Assembly (NCBI GenBank): GCA_009889625.1 | Contig: WTZU01000004.1 | Coordinates: forward strand, 1,588-65,587 | Reading direction: 5' to 3' | Source of the DNA: Candidatus Hikarchaeia archaeon HikBin5 | GTDB taxonomy: Archaea > Halobacteriota > Halobacteria > Halobacteriales > Hikarchaeaceae | DNA: 64,000 nt | Part shown: piece after piece, positions 11,415 to 21,123 of the stretch | Numbering within the stretch: the stretch's first letter is position 1 | How the letters are laid out: the number at the start of each line of letters is the position of its first letter | Position numbers and translations under genes: made by a program | The notes under the pieces: generated by a model | Database searches by the model: none | Told to the model about the DNA's origin: nothing | Seen by the model: the letters and a program-made list of their open reading frames with translations, nothing else

Positions 11415-12539
11415 TTAGTGCGCTGGTCCCTCTCCTAATTCTTCAATATGGGGGCCTTCCTCTCTTCGAAGGAATGAAGTTGCACATTTGATCCCCCCGC
11501 CATAACTTTTAGCATAATCAAAATCAACTGGGATTGTTTCTATCCCTCTAGATTCCAAATTTTTAATTGTCTCCTTCGCAGCACCATTTATCATTACTTT
11601 TCCTGGCTCTAGTATTATTAAATTACAAGGGAAACTTTCTCTTTGTTCTTTCTCTGACACTTCTATGATCTCTACATTTTGACCCTTTAACCATCGTTGT
11701 GTTTCATAATCACAGAACCCCGGATAGAGCAATACTAGTCCAATATCTACTGGCGCGAACCACATATCTAGATGCATACAGTGGGCATCTCTCCACGAAA
11801 AAGATTCATGAGGCCCTGGCGGCCGAGTAACTTGAATGTGTTCTACTCCCGAAGCGCGCATTACAGGAGTAATTTGATCTATTGCTTCTTGATTCCCATC
11901 TGTGGATAAATATGTCATCCAAATATTCTCTGCTAACCACTGGGTCGCCCCAATCTCGTGAATTCCATGTCCATGTATGGTCAAAAGTATGGGGATTCCC
12001 ATTTCTACATAACATTGCATTGCATGCCGTGTTCTCCCTCGTATCCATGGGGCAGCAGCCCTGGGCATGATTGCACCACCATTTATTACCAATCCAATAT
12101 TGGACATGGTCCTTTTTAATAGGCCATGGGGCCCCTCAGGCGGAAAATCAAATTCCCACCAATGGAGATTGACCCCTTCGTCTTTCAGTATGTCTGTCAT
12201 CATGTCATGATTCTTCCTGATTTCTTCAATGGAGGGAAATTCTTTGGGTGCCATAAAATAAGCCGAATCATCGGACCACATGGGGTGGACCTCATGGGGC
12301 ATGGGGTACCGAACAGCCACATCCGTTAAACGGCCAATTCCCTGTGATCCCCAATCCTTTCCCCAGTACTTTTCCATCTCATCAAGCCAACCCACTTCTT
12401 CTTGATATTTTACAAAATTAGGTACTTTGTTTTTCTCATAATACGGGTAATCCTCTGCAGAATATTTTTCTAATATCTTTGCATGGTCCTCATAATTTCC
12501 TTTATCGACAATATCCGCTTTATTTTTTCTGTATGGCAT
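11415..12539 (-). CDS. Amidinotransferase/DDAH/arginine-deiminase (pentein) superfamily hydrolase
   Basis: GRLTDVAVRYP N-terminal motif, MHLD, CNLIILEPGKV, C-terminal GGGIKCAT with catalytic Cys. Confidence 0.85.
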   Translation of the reverse strand: MPYRKNKADIVDKGNYEDHAKILEKYSAEDYPYYEKNKVPNFVKYQEEVGWLDEMEKYWGKDWGSQGIGRLTDVAVRYPMPHEVHPMWSDDSAYFMAPKEFPSIEEIRKNHDMMTDILKDEGVNLHWWEFDFPPEGPHGLLKRTMSNIGLVINGGAIMPRAAAPWIRGRTRHAMQCYVEMGIPILLTIHGHGIHEIGATQWLAENIWMTYLSTDGNQEAIDQITPVMRASGVEHIQVTRPPGPHESFSWRDAHCMHLDMWFAPVDIGLVLLYPGFCDYETQRWLKGQNVEIIEVSEKEQRESFPCNLIILEPGKVMINGAAKETIKNLESRGIETIPVDFDYAKSYGGGIKCATSFLRREEGPHIEELGEGPAH

Positions 12540-12626
12540 TCTGATTGTACTTTATACTCTCACACGTATAATCTGAATGCCGATTATTCCAAAGATGTTA
12601 TCTATTCCTATTTCTATATCCTATTC

Positions 12627-13436
12627 ATGCTCCTAGAATCAATAAAATATGTTACAAATAACCTCAAAGCGGTATTATTTTTGACCTTACTTATAATCAC
12701 AATGATAATTCCAAATATAGGTATGGTGTTTGGTGGATATTCTTTTATAGTAAATGGTTTGAACCCATTTTCAGTGGTATTGTTGATATCTTCTCTAATC
12801 CTGATTATCCTATTGACATTATTTTTCCAAGGATACATGGTCCAATTTCTCCGCTCCCGTTCCTCAGGAGGGGAGATGGCACCCGATGTTATCCCCGGAT
12901 CCATCTCCGATCTTAATGTCATGCTCAAAGAAGGTTTTTCGTTTACCCTAATTGTCATTATTTATACAATTATACCCCTTGTTCTATTTTCTTTGATCTT
13001 TCTATCTATATACCCAATTTCTATGTTCATTGAATACGGTATGGCTTTGACATACGCGGGAGATTCTGAGATCGCATCACTAACTGAAGGAATGCTACCT
13101 GCAATTTTTTCGTTGATTGGAATTTCTATTTTACTCGCCGCATATTCCTATTATGTCATCCCTGCTCCAATTTTAGTATATGCAAATAACAGAAATTTTG
13201 CTATGGCATTTTCCTTGAATAAAATAACCAATTTGCTGTTCAACCGTGCATATATCATTGGATTTTTATACGTTTTATTGGCAATTTTGCTGATAACAAT
13301 CATTTCAATAGTTGTAGCATTAATTCCTCTAATTGGGTGGCTAATTTCAATCCCAATAAGCATTATGGGTGGTTTGACCGTATGGTCTATCTGGGGCCAG
13401 GTCTATCGTGAAATATTCTCGCCATTGGGCAGTTGA
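12627..13436 (+). CDS. DUF4013-like multi-pass membrane protein
   Basis: MLLESIKY...QGYMVQFLRS...P...EGFSFTLIVIIY...AFSLNKI pattern with several TM segments. ATG 12627 is preferred. Confidence 0.7.
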   Translation: MLLESIKYVTNNLKAVLFLTLLIITMIIPNIGMVFGGYSFIVNGLNPFSVVLLISSLILIILLTLFFQGYMVQFLRSRSSGGEMAPDVIPGSISDLNVMLKEGFSFTLIVIIYTIIPLVLFSLIFLSIYPISMFIEYGMALTYAGDSEIASLTEGMLPAIFSLIGISILLAAYSYYVIPAPILVYANNRNFAMAFSLNKITNLLFNRAYIIGFLYVLLAILLITIISIVVALIPLIGWLISIPISIMGGLTVWSIWGQVYREIFSPLGS

Positions 13437-13447
13437 TCTTTCCAAAA

Positions 13448-14692
13448 TTAGTATTGGTATTTTTTCCACCAGGTAGTCCATTGAGTTTCACTATACGGGC
13501 CACGAAATGGAGGCGGGAGGTCCCGATTTGCATTTGAATCAACTCTAAATGTTTGCGCAATTCCATATCCTACCAACCAGGAAAAATATTCTACAGTTCT
13601 ACTTGGTATGTTAAGAGTTAGCTGGTAATATTGATCATATATTCCATCTCCTTCGTAATCATTCCCTGTGAATTCACCACAAAAATATTCTTCGTCGTTT
13701 GGGCAATCTGAAGCATCTGCGAATTTAATCACAATCTCTGAATTGGAATTATCTGACAACACAAATGAAACCTGCCTTGATAAATAGTTATGTGGATCAA
13801 CTTCCCAGTACCTCAGTGCATATTCTACTTGGCGTTTTATTCGATTATGGGTGTCTTTGTAAAATTCACCATAATCAACGTATACATTAAAATCAGTAAT
13901 ATTCCAATTGTAATCTTCTCCCCATACTCCCTTTCTTAAACTCCCCATCTCCGATGGAATCATACTCCTCATTAATTTTTTTAACCCAGAAGTGGCATTA
14001 TCAAATTGATTTCCAAACTCAGGATCATCAGAATGTTTTAACCCTATCGAATGTCCTATCTCATGTTTCGTAACCTCAATAGTGTAGTCCTTCTCAAATC
14101 TATCTGATATTACCGGGTCCACTGGAAAAATAGGCGGCGGTGAACATGCATGTATAACTGGTGCACACCCTACTATCTCAGGACCTATCTTTTTACCGCA
14201 CCCATCGGGTACTCTAAATGAAATCAACATCTGTGCATCTGATCTTTTCTCAGTATATTTTAACAAAAATGGATATGGGAGTGGACTTTCAATATTATTC
14301 CAATAGTAAATTGATTCTTTGATCACCTCTTCATATGTAAAATTATCCGGTTCCGAAGACCCAGGACTTTCATATGCCACTAGAATTTCATAAGTCCCAT
14401 ACGGACTACATGACAAATCATTTTGGAATTTTCTCCCATCTTTGTATACATAACTTTTAGGAGTGGCCGTAACAGGGGCTTCAGGAGTGGCCGTAACAGG
14501 GGCTTCAGGAGTGGCCGTAACAGGGGCTTCAGGAGTGGCCGTAGCAGTAACTGTTGGATTCCAAACCTTGGCAAAACTGGGCTCTGATGTCTCTGGTGTT
14601 GTGGTAGAATTTCTTTTTTTTGCAACACACCCTGCCATTCCGCCAACTAAACTTAATATCACTTCTCTACGTGATATGTTTAAACGTGACAT
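13448..14692 (-). CDS. Secreted (Tat) lipoprotein, matrixin/M10-like zinc metalloprotease
   Basis: SRREVIL twin-arginine, MAGC lipobox, Thr/Pro linker, HEIGHSIGLKH zinc motif with downstream LM (Met-turn). Confidence 0.85.
   Translation of the reverse strand: MSRLNISRREVILSLVGGMAGCVAKKRNSTTTPETSEPSFAKVWNPTVTATATPEAPVTATPEAPVTATPEAPVTATPKSYVYKDGRKFQNDLSCSPYGTYEILVAYESPGSSEPDNFTYEEVIKESIYYWNNIESPLPYPFLLKYTEKRSDAQMLISFRVPDGCGKKIGPEIVGCAPVIHACSPPPIFPVDPVISDRFEKDYTIEVTKHEIGHSIGLKHSDDPEFGNQFDNATSGLKKLMRSMIPSEMGSLRKGVWGEDYNWNITDFNVYVDYGEFYKDTHNRIKRQVEYALRYWEVDPHNYLSRQVSFVLSDNSNSEIVIKFADASDCPNDEEYFCGEFTGNDYEGDGIYDQYYQLTLNIPSRTVEYFSWLVGYGIAQTFRVDSNANRDLPPPFRGPYSETQWTTWWKKYQY
14459..14543. repeat. 24-bp perfect tandem repeat x3.5 encoding TATPEAPV
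   Basis: AGGAGTGGCCGTAACAGGGGCTTC at 14459, 14483 and 14507, plus a partial copy at 14531. Confidence 0.97.
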
Positions 14693-14803
14693 ATACCTTG
14701 TACATCATTTGCCATCCAGTTTTATAGCCTTTCGTAGGTTGTTATTTGGACATTTAAATTTCCCCCGTCGATTATATAATCTCTCCCTTCCAATTGCACT
14801 CAT

Positions 14804-15448
14804 ATGTCAATTGGAAAAGAGACTTCGCGTAAGTTAGGTATATATGCGGGATTAATTGGCCCGGCAATTGGACTCTTATCAGTCATCATAGCAATTTATT
14901 TCGCCCCATGGTTTAATTGGACCGAATTTGCCCTCAGTGATCTTGGAGTGGGCGAATTACCCGATCGAATTGCCCGATCTGCCCCTTCTAATAATTTGCA
15001 TATTTTTATATTTAATGCTGGAATGATGATAGCAGGAATTGGACTGTCAATTTTCGTCGTTCTAACTAGGAGTCTCCACATTGATTCACTTATCTCAAAA
15101 GTAGGCTACTCTCTCATATTTATTGGAGGTATTAATCTAGCATTAGTCGGGGTGTTCCCTATCCCCTCTGCACTACACTTCCCTGTAGCAGCAATCTACT
15201 TTATTGCAACCCCTATCGGACTAGCTCTAGTTGGTGGGTCTTACTTATCTGAAAACAGAAACTTTGGAATTTTACTAATCTTATTGGGGATCGTGGCCTT
15301 TTTATCAATTGTTGAAATAGTTGCTCCTTATTTGTTGAATCTCTATAGTGAAGGAATCGCAATACCTGAGATGGTTGAAGCGACCATTCTATCACTTGGT
15401 GCATGGCTTATTTCTTATCGATTCTGGTCTCAAGAGTCTAAAAAATAG
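14804..15448 (+). CDS. DUF998-family membrane protein
   Basis: APWFNWTEFALSDLGV...FNAGM...LVGVFP...LHFPVA...AIPEM pattern; about 6 TMs. Confidence 0.8.
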   Translation: MSIGKETSRKLGIYAGLIGPAIGLLSVIIAIYFAPWFNWTEFALSDLGVGELPDRIARSAPSNNLHIFIFNAGMMIAGIGLSIFVVLTRSLHIDSLISKVGYSLIFIGGINLALVGVFPIPSALHFPVAAIYFIATPIGLALVGGSYLSENRNFGILLILLGIVAFLSIVEIVAPYLLNLYSEGIAIPEMVEATILSLGAWLISYRFWSQESKK

Positions 15449-15524
15449 ACTTTATTGTTCAATTATCTCCTCAATTTTTCGATAGCAAACTTGATATCTA
15501 CGTATTATTATTTATTTTGTATAT

Positions 15525-15899
15525 ATGGTAACAACAGCAGATCAACTAGTCAAACCATCTGACTTGAGAGATATACCTGTAGGTGCAGTTCAAGTTTGGT
15601 GGACCTGGTTACTTGGAGCAATTGGACTTGGACTTTTTTACATGACAATAATAAACGAATGGAACTTCCCATGGCTTCCCCTGGGCGGGGCACTATTTTT
15701 GTTTGGATATGGGGCCCTCAAAACTTTCGATTATCGGAACGCAACAATTCAACATTATGACTATATGATCAAGTATGGATTAAAACGCGAAGCAACAATG
15801 TTCAAATGCAATCTCTGTGGGGCCATTTTCAACCAACCAGAAGGGGCAGACTTATGCCCTGAGTGTTATGAATCTGGCATTGTAGAAGTGGAAGCATAA
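15525..15899 (+). CDS. Hypothetical 2-TM membrane protein with C-terminal zinc ribbon
   Basis: Two hydrophobic segments, then FKCNLCG...CPECY. Confidence 0.65.
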   Translation: MVTTADQLVKPSDLRDIPVGAVQVWWTWLLGAIGLGLFYMTIINEWNFPWLPLGGALFLFGYGALKTFDYRNATIQHYDYMIKYGLKREATMFKCNLCGAIFNQPEGADLCPECYESGIVEVEA

Positions 15900-15906
15900 C
15901 CTATAA

Positions 15907-16788
15907 TTATAATCCATTTTCAATTTCTCTAATAATCATTTCACTATCAATTTTTTCTGCTTCTAATGGATATTTTCGTTTGAAATATCTAATTATATTT
16001 TTAACATCTCGTCTAAGCAATTCCATCGCGTTTGGATGCGAAACTTCTACAGCCTGTGGCCAATCAAAAATAACTATATTTTCACCTTCTACAAATATAT
16101 TGTATTCGCTTAAATCCGCATGTATGTATCCCTCTCCGATACTCTTCATCACTTCTTCTAAAATTAAATCAAATGTTGATTTTATGCGATCTCCTTTTAG
16201 TCTGACATCTGATAAATTATTCCCATCTACCATTTCCATTAATATGGCATGGCGATTTTGATCTATGGGGCATGGAACTGAAACTTCTGGGTATAACTGC
16301 GTTAAAATTTCGAATTCTTTCTCAGCAGCCTTCCTAGCAGTATACATCCACGAAGTGTGTTTTTTTTCTGATGTGTAATCTCGATTTTGTTTTACTCTTC
16401 TAAAGTTAGTATGTCCTTCACGGTGGTATTTTAATGCAAATGATTTGTATGATCGAACTTCATAAACCTCTGATTCTTTCCCAACTCCTATGATGGGCCC
16501 AAACCCCTCTATTACTCCCCGTTTTACAAAACTTTTCAGTGCAAGGGCATCGTAACCCTCAAACCGAAGACGATAGCCTATATATTGCATTGTTTTTTGT
16601 TCAATTAGGTTGTATCTCCTACATCTTTCCAAACGATATGATATTTCTTTAGATGGAAGTCCCGTGAAACTTGGAAGTTTTTCCCCATCCACCCATTGAG
16701 AAAAACGCATCCCTTGTTCTATGCCTGATAGTAAATAGAAATCTTCATCTTCCATTTCACGAAAAAAAGATGAGACATTTCGAACCAT
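15907..16788 (-). CDS. rio2: Serine/threonine protein kinase RIO2
   Basis: N-terminal wHTH, IGVGKESEVY, IHADLSEYNI, IFDWPQ. Confidence 0.95.
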   Translation of the reverse strand: MVRNVSSFFREMEDEDFYLLSGIEQGMRFSQWVDGEKLPSFTGLPSKEISYRLERCRRYNLIEQKTMQYIGYRLRFEGYDALALKSFVKRGVIEGFGPIIGVGKESEVYEVRSYKSFALKYHREGHTNFRRVKQNRDYTSEKKHTSWMYTARKAAEKEFEILTQLYPEVSVPCPIDQNRHAILMEMVDGNNLSDVRLKGDRIKSTFDLILEEVMKSIGEGYIHADLSEYNIFVEGENIVIFDWPQAVEVSHPNAMELLRRDVKNIIRYFKRKYPLEAEKIDSEMIIREIENGL

Positions 16789-16797
16789 ATTTGTAAA

Positions 16798-17583
16798 TTA
16801 TTTGAGTTCTATAACTTCGTAATTAATTTTATATTCTCTAAGCTGATCAATGTGATTTAAAACTGCAGTTTCTGTTACTATCAACAATACATTCAAACCC
16901 CTGATTGCTGCCTCTGAAACTGCCATGGGAGTTCCAAATTTAATATCTACTGTATATCCCATTCCCCTAGCCGCAACTAGTGCTTCAACTCCCGAAACTG
17001 CAATCAAATCATAATCGATCTCTTTGTTTATATTGTGATAACTTGGAGGTTGTTTTTCTATGGATACTGAAGGAATGGACATTATGCACACAGAACCAAT
17101 TTCGTAGTCTATAATCCCTTCAAAGTCAATTAAACCAACCATTTCCCCTTCTCCGGCATTCCCAACTGCTTTTGCCGAGATGGATTTCCCTCCTTTTTGC
17201 ATGGTACTTGCGTGAAGGAATCCCTCTATCATGGATAGTGTCACTCTTTCTCCCGATTTGATTTCATTTTTTGCAATCGCAGCTTCTATGTCCACTCTAG
17301 TCAAAACATCTTCTGCAACATGATTGGCCAATTCTCTCAATTTCTCATTCTGAATTATCAACCAATTTACTCCTTTTGTAGTGATTTCATACCTCCCTCT
17401 TCCCAACTTCGATACATGTCCGCTATCTGATAGCTCTTTGATATATTCACTGACCGCTTGGGCTGTAATTCCAATTGCATCTGAAATCTCCCCTTGGTTA
17501 ATTGCAGGTTGGTGCTTTGCGATTTCTATAAGTATTAGGTATCGCCTCGATTCGCGCTTTCGATTTAGTATGGGTATGTCCAC
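16798..17583 (-). CDS. Winged-helix (MarR-like, COG1497-type) transcriptional regulator
   Basis: QGEISDAIGITAQAVSEYIKEL HTH and GRGRYEIT wing. GTG 17583 is preferred; the ORF extends to 17601. Confidence 0.8.
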   Translation of the reverse strand: MDIPILNRKRESRRYLILIEIAKHQPAINQGEISDAIGITAQAVSEYIKELSDSGHVSKLGRGRYEITTKGVNWLIIQNEKLRELANHVAEDVLTRVDIEAAIAKNEIKSGERVTLSMIEGFLHASTMQKGGKSISAKAVGNAGEGEMVGLIDFEGIIDYEIGSVCIMSIPSVSIEKQPPSYHNINKEIDYDLIAVSGVEALVAARGMGYTVDIKFGTPMAVSEAAIRGLNVLLIVTETAVLNHIDQLREYKINYEVIELK

Positions 17584-17685
17584 CCTGCGATCCCCGTGCA
17601 TACCTGCTTTATGTCGGAAACGAAAGTAAATGTATCTCTAAATTCAACAAAAATTGATTTATTCCTGGCAATATACAGTTCCTGT

Positions 17686-18471
17686 ATGGCCAATCGTTGG
17701 AGGTTCATTCCAGAAGAATCTTGGGATGGGCCGATGAATATGGCTCTAGATGTAATCGCGGCAGAGACTGCACGAATAGAGGGTATCTCAACAATCAGAA
17801 TTTATCGATGGAAGCCTAGTTCCCTTTCTATTGGATATTCTCAACAGAGCTCATCCGTTAACTGGGAATACTGCATAAAACAAAATATTCCTGTAATCCG
17901 GAGAAAAACAGGAGGTGGTGGAATTTTCCATGATTATGATGGTGATATCTCCTATTCAATAATTGCACCCGTATCTTCATTTTCTACAGATATCTCCGAA
18001 TCATATCGTCAGATGCTGAATCCGATTTTATCTACCTTTGAACAATTAGGCATTTCTGTAAAATTTGCAGACTCCAATAATCCTGGATTGTATTCTCCTT
18101 CTTGCTATCTTCGAAAAACAAATCCTGCTCACGATATAATGGCATCTGGAAAAAAAATAAGTGGAAATGCACAGAGAAGATCTAATGGCGTAGTCATTCA
18201 ACATGGGTCTTTGATCTACAATTATGATATTGATCATTTCCCCTTTCTATTTTCTAATTTTAATATCCCTCCTGAAACGATACAAAAACATATGACTTCT
18301 CTCTGTGAACAATCAAAAGCAACTAGAAAGGATGTTATTTTGACCTTGGAAAATTCATTATTGGCTTGGTCTTCAGCAGAAAAAGGAACTTGGGGGTCCT
18401 CTGAACTCAACCAAGCAAAAAAAATAGCAAAAGAAGTATTCTGTTCCACTGATTGGACGCGGAGACTATAG
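17686..18471 (+). CDS. Lipoate-protein ligase A / octanoyltransferase family protein
   Basis: GPMNMALD, IRRKTGGGGIFHD, KKISGNAQRR, QHGSL. Confidence 0.9.
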   Translation: MANRWRFIPEESWDGPMNMALDVIAAETARIEGISTIRIYRWKPSSLSIGYSQQSSSVNWEYCIKQNIPVIRRKTGGGGIFHDYDGDISYSIIAPVSSFSTDISESYRQMLNPILSTFEQLGISVKFADSNNPGLYSPSCYLRKTNPAHDIMASGKKISGNAQRRSNGVVIQHGSLIYNYDIDHFPFLFSNFNIPPETIQKHMTSLCEQSKATRKDVILTLENSLLAWSSAEKGTWGSSELNQAKKIAKEVFCSTDWTRRL

Positions 18472-18508
18472 GATAAAAGCATAAATCTATTGCATTCATT
18501 GATTCTTT

Positions 18509-19468
18509 ATGAAGTGCACCAAGTGTGATCAGAATGCAATTATTTTTACACCATATTCTGGATCTCATCTTTGCTCTGACCATTTCATCAATTCTGTAGA
18601 ACGAAGGGTTCGTCATAGGATTCGAACCGATGGATTAATCAAAGGATCCACTGAAGATTCTCCTTCTAGATGGGTGATAGGGGTTTCTGGAGGAAAGGAT
18701 TCTGCAGTATTGACTCATATTTTGCATAATATGCTAGATAAGGACCCCCGTGTACAACTCATCGCACTAACGATAAACGAAGGAATTTCTGGTTATAGGG
18801 ATGAAAGTATTGAAGTTTCCAAACAACTCACCAATTCGTTGGGAATTGCCCACAAAATTTTCAGCTATTCCGATGAGTTTGGAATAGATATGGACGAAGT
18901 AGTCCAAAAAAACCCCTTGAAGCTTAATGCTTGCTCCTATTGTGGTGTTTTCCGAAGAAACCTTCTAGACCTCGGTGCAAATGAACTTAATGCAAATAAA
19001 TTATTTACTGGACATAATCTCGACGATGAATCTCAAACTGCATTCATGAATTTCCTCTCTGGGGATGTGTCTAGGATAACAAAACATTTCGATGCTTCTT
19101 TGGCCCCTTTCCCACAAAGAACAGAAACCGCATTCATCCCCCGGTCAAAACCACTTAGGGATATCCCCGAAAAAGAAGTGGCATTGTATGCCTATGTTAA
19201 AAATATTCCCTTCTATGATGGGGATTGTCCATATGCTGTGGATTCTTTTCGTGGAGAAGTGAGAAAATTAATTTTAGAGTTAGAAGATAACCACCCTGGA
19301 ACTAGGCATTCTATTATGGCGGGTTATGAGGAATTCGCCACTATTGCATCTTCTCATTACCAATCTAATAAAGAATCATCTCTGCAGCAATGTACAAAAT
19401 GCGGGTCTCTTACCACTCAAAAAATCTGTCAGAAATGCGTTTTCGTCGAAGCTGTTAAAGCTGTCTAA
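18509..19468 (+). CDS. ncsA: tRNA 2-thiolation protein NcsA (Ncs6/TtcA family, TIGR00269-like)
   Basis: N- and C-terminal Zn fingers, PP-loop [22 protein letters not shown]; adjacent to ftsZ2 as in haloarchaea. Confidence 0.92.
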   Translation: MKCTKCDQNAIIFTPYSGSHLCSDHFINSVERRVRHRIRTDGLIKGSTEDSPSRWVIGVSGGKDSAVLTHILHNMLDKDPRVQLIALTINEGISGYRDESIEVSKQLTNSLGIAHKIFSYSDEFGIDMDEVVQKNPLKLNACSYCGVFRRNLLDLGANELNANKLFTGHNLDDESQTAFMNFLSGDVSRITKHFDASLAPFPQRTETAFIPRSKPLRDIPEKEVALYAYVKNIPFYDGDCPYAVDSFRGEVRKLILELEDNHPGTRHSIMAGYEEFATIASSHYQSNKESSLQQCTKCGSLTTQKICQKCVFVEAVKAV

Positions 19469-20595
19469 CGAATAACGTCTAGTCCATTCACTTGTTCTAT
19501 CTCGCGTCTACCTCCATCGGACCAGCGGGAATCTCCATCCGCGAGACTTCTAATAGGTGCGCTTTGCATCCTCGACGATGGCCCTAATACTTGGGCACTC
19601 TGCACACCTGTCATTATTGCCAATACACGAACCTTTCCTTTGTATTCTTCTTCCACTCTAGCCCCCCAAATGACATTTGCAGTTGGATCAAGACGTTCTG
19701 TAATATTGTCTGCAATGCCTTCTGCCTCTTTTAATGTCAAATCTGGCCCACCAGTTATGTGGACCAATGCTCCCGAAGCCCCTCGGTAATCTACATCTAG
19801 CAATGGGTGGTTCATGGCGTCCCGAACAACTTCTTCTGTCTTGTTCTTATCTTGGGTCTCTCCAACTAACATTACCGCAACACCACCCGAAGACATGACC
19901 GCCGCCATATCTGCATAATCGAGATTGATTAGAGATGGTTGGGTTATTGTTTCAGATATGCCTTTCACAGTTTCTGCGATAATCTGATCCATTACTGAAA
20001 ATGCCTTTCCAATTGGTAAATTAGGCACATAGTCCAAAAGTCTATTATTGTCTAACACAATTATGGAATCTGCACTTTCTCGTAGTGCTTCTAGGCCCTC
20101 TTCTGCTTTAACGGTTCTAGCACGTTCTATATTGAATGGAGTGGATACCATCCCGATGACTATTGCACCTTGTTCTTTTGCAATTTTACAAACCACTGGT
20201 GCAGAACCGGTTCCAGTTCCGCCTCCCATACCTGCAGTTACAAAGACCAAGTCTGCTCCTCCTAGTACCTCCTTCACAGTTCCAGCAGCCATTTCTGTTG
20301 CACGTTCTCCCATGGCTGGATCGCCACCCGCCCCTAGGCCACTCGTCAACGATTTACCTACAAGAATTTTAGTGTCGGCTTCTATCATTTTTAGGTGCTG
20401 TTTATCTGTATTTATTGCAACAGTTTCTGCACCATGGATCCCTATATTATATAGTCGGTTGATGGTGTTGTTACCTGCACCTCCACACCCCACAACAACA
20501 ATGCGTGGCTCTCCAAATTCGTCATCCCTGAGGGATGTTTTTTTCGCTCTTTCCTTTTCCTCATTTTGTAATGCTTCCTGAACAATATCTAACAT
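19465..20595 (-). CDS. ftsZ2: Cell division protein FtsZ2
   Basis: [27 protein letters not shown]-terminal GLDVIR. ATG 20595 follows a GGTGAGG SD; downstream of cdrS. Confidence 0.97.
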   Translation of the reverse strand: MLDIVQEALQNEEKERAKKTSLRDDEFGEPRIVVVGCGGAGNNTINRLYNIGIHGAETVAINTDKQHLKMIEADTKILVGKSLTSGLGAGGDPAMGERATEMAAGTVKEVLGGADLVFVTAGMGGGTGTGSAPVVCKIAKEQGAIVIGMVSTPFNIERARTVKAEEGLEALRESADSIIVLDNNRLLDYVPNLPIGKAFSVMDQIIAETVKGISETITQPSLINLDYADMAAVMSSGGVAVMLVGETQDKNKTEEVVRDAMNHPLLDVDYRGASGALVHITGGPDLTLKEAEGIADNITERLDPTANVIWGARVEEEYKGKVRVLAIMTGVQSAQVLGPSSRMQSAPIRSLADGDSRWSDGGRREIEQVNGLDVIR

Positions 20596-20597
20596 AA

Positions 20598-20774
20598 TTA
20601 TACCCTCACCCACGGCCTTGAATCGTTAAACTCATATGGCACTTCGTTCTCTCTCAACATTTCTCTAATGGCAGATCGAATTGCCTCACTTCTATTAGGA
20701 AATTCTCCTCTTTCGACCATCTGTTCAACTTCTGCTATCTGTTGCTTCGGAATTCTAAGTGTTATTCGTTCCAT
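20598..20774 (-). CDS. cdrS: Ribbon-helix-helix cell-division regulator CdrS (58 aa; absent from ORF track)
   Basis: Hand translation gives [58 protein letters not shown]; immediately upstream of ftsZ2. Confidence 0.93.
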   Translation of the reverse strand: MERITLRIPKQQIAEVEQMVERGEFPNRSEAIRSAIREMLRENEVPYEFNDSRPWVRV

Positions 20775-20930
20775 TTTAGTTATTCTCCCCGTGTTTTGTA
20801 AGACGCTAAGTCATCAGGTGTATGACGGTCCTCGGAAACACTGTAGGCGTTTTGTCCTACATTGTCTGCTATGAGGCACGTATTTGTCTTACGTGGGTGT
20901 ACCTACTGGGACCAAGTATATAAATTTATC
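20775..20930 (-). promoter_or_regulatory. Putative cdrS-ftsZ2 promoter (TTTATATA box) and ~120-nt leader with repeated GT(A/C)N(G/T)AC motifs
   Basis: Minus-strand GATAAATTTATATACTT at ~20914-20930. Plus-strand motifs GTAAGAC 20798, GTATGAC 20820, GTCCTAC 20854, GTCTTAC 20886. Confidence 0.55.
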
Positions 20931-21123
20931 GCAAAATTGTAGTACAAATGCAAACTATTCTTGCAATTTTATCCTCATTTTTTATCTAAAATATAATCCA
21001 TTTTCGGCATTATAGTGTCAATTTTTTCATATTAATTCTTGAAAAAATACTTTATGTAATGTCTTACGCAAATTTATAATTTTCAACCAACTTCTATCTA
21101 TTTGTATTACAATATGGAGAAAA

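Noticed and set aside
14459-14543. 24-bp direct repeats as a possible CRISPR array
   Set aside because: The units are contiguous with no spacers, lie in frame inside a protein linker, and no cas genes are present.
20048-20581. 177-aa antisense ORF over ftsZ2, and the many similar shadow ORFs
   Set aside because: These mirror real genes on the opposite strand and are Ser/Pro/Ile-rich with no motifs.
20668-20874. 68-aa plus-strand ORF upstream of ftsZ2
   Set aside because: It is antisense to cdrS and its leader, which explain the region better.
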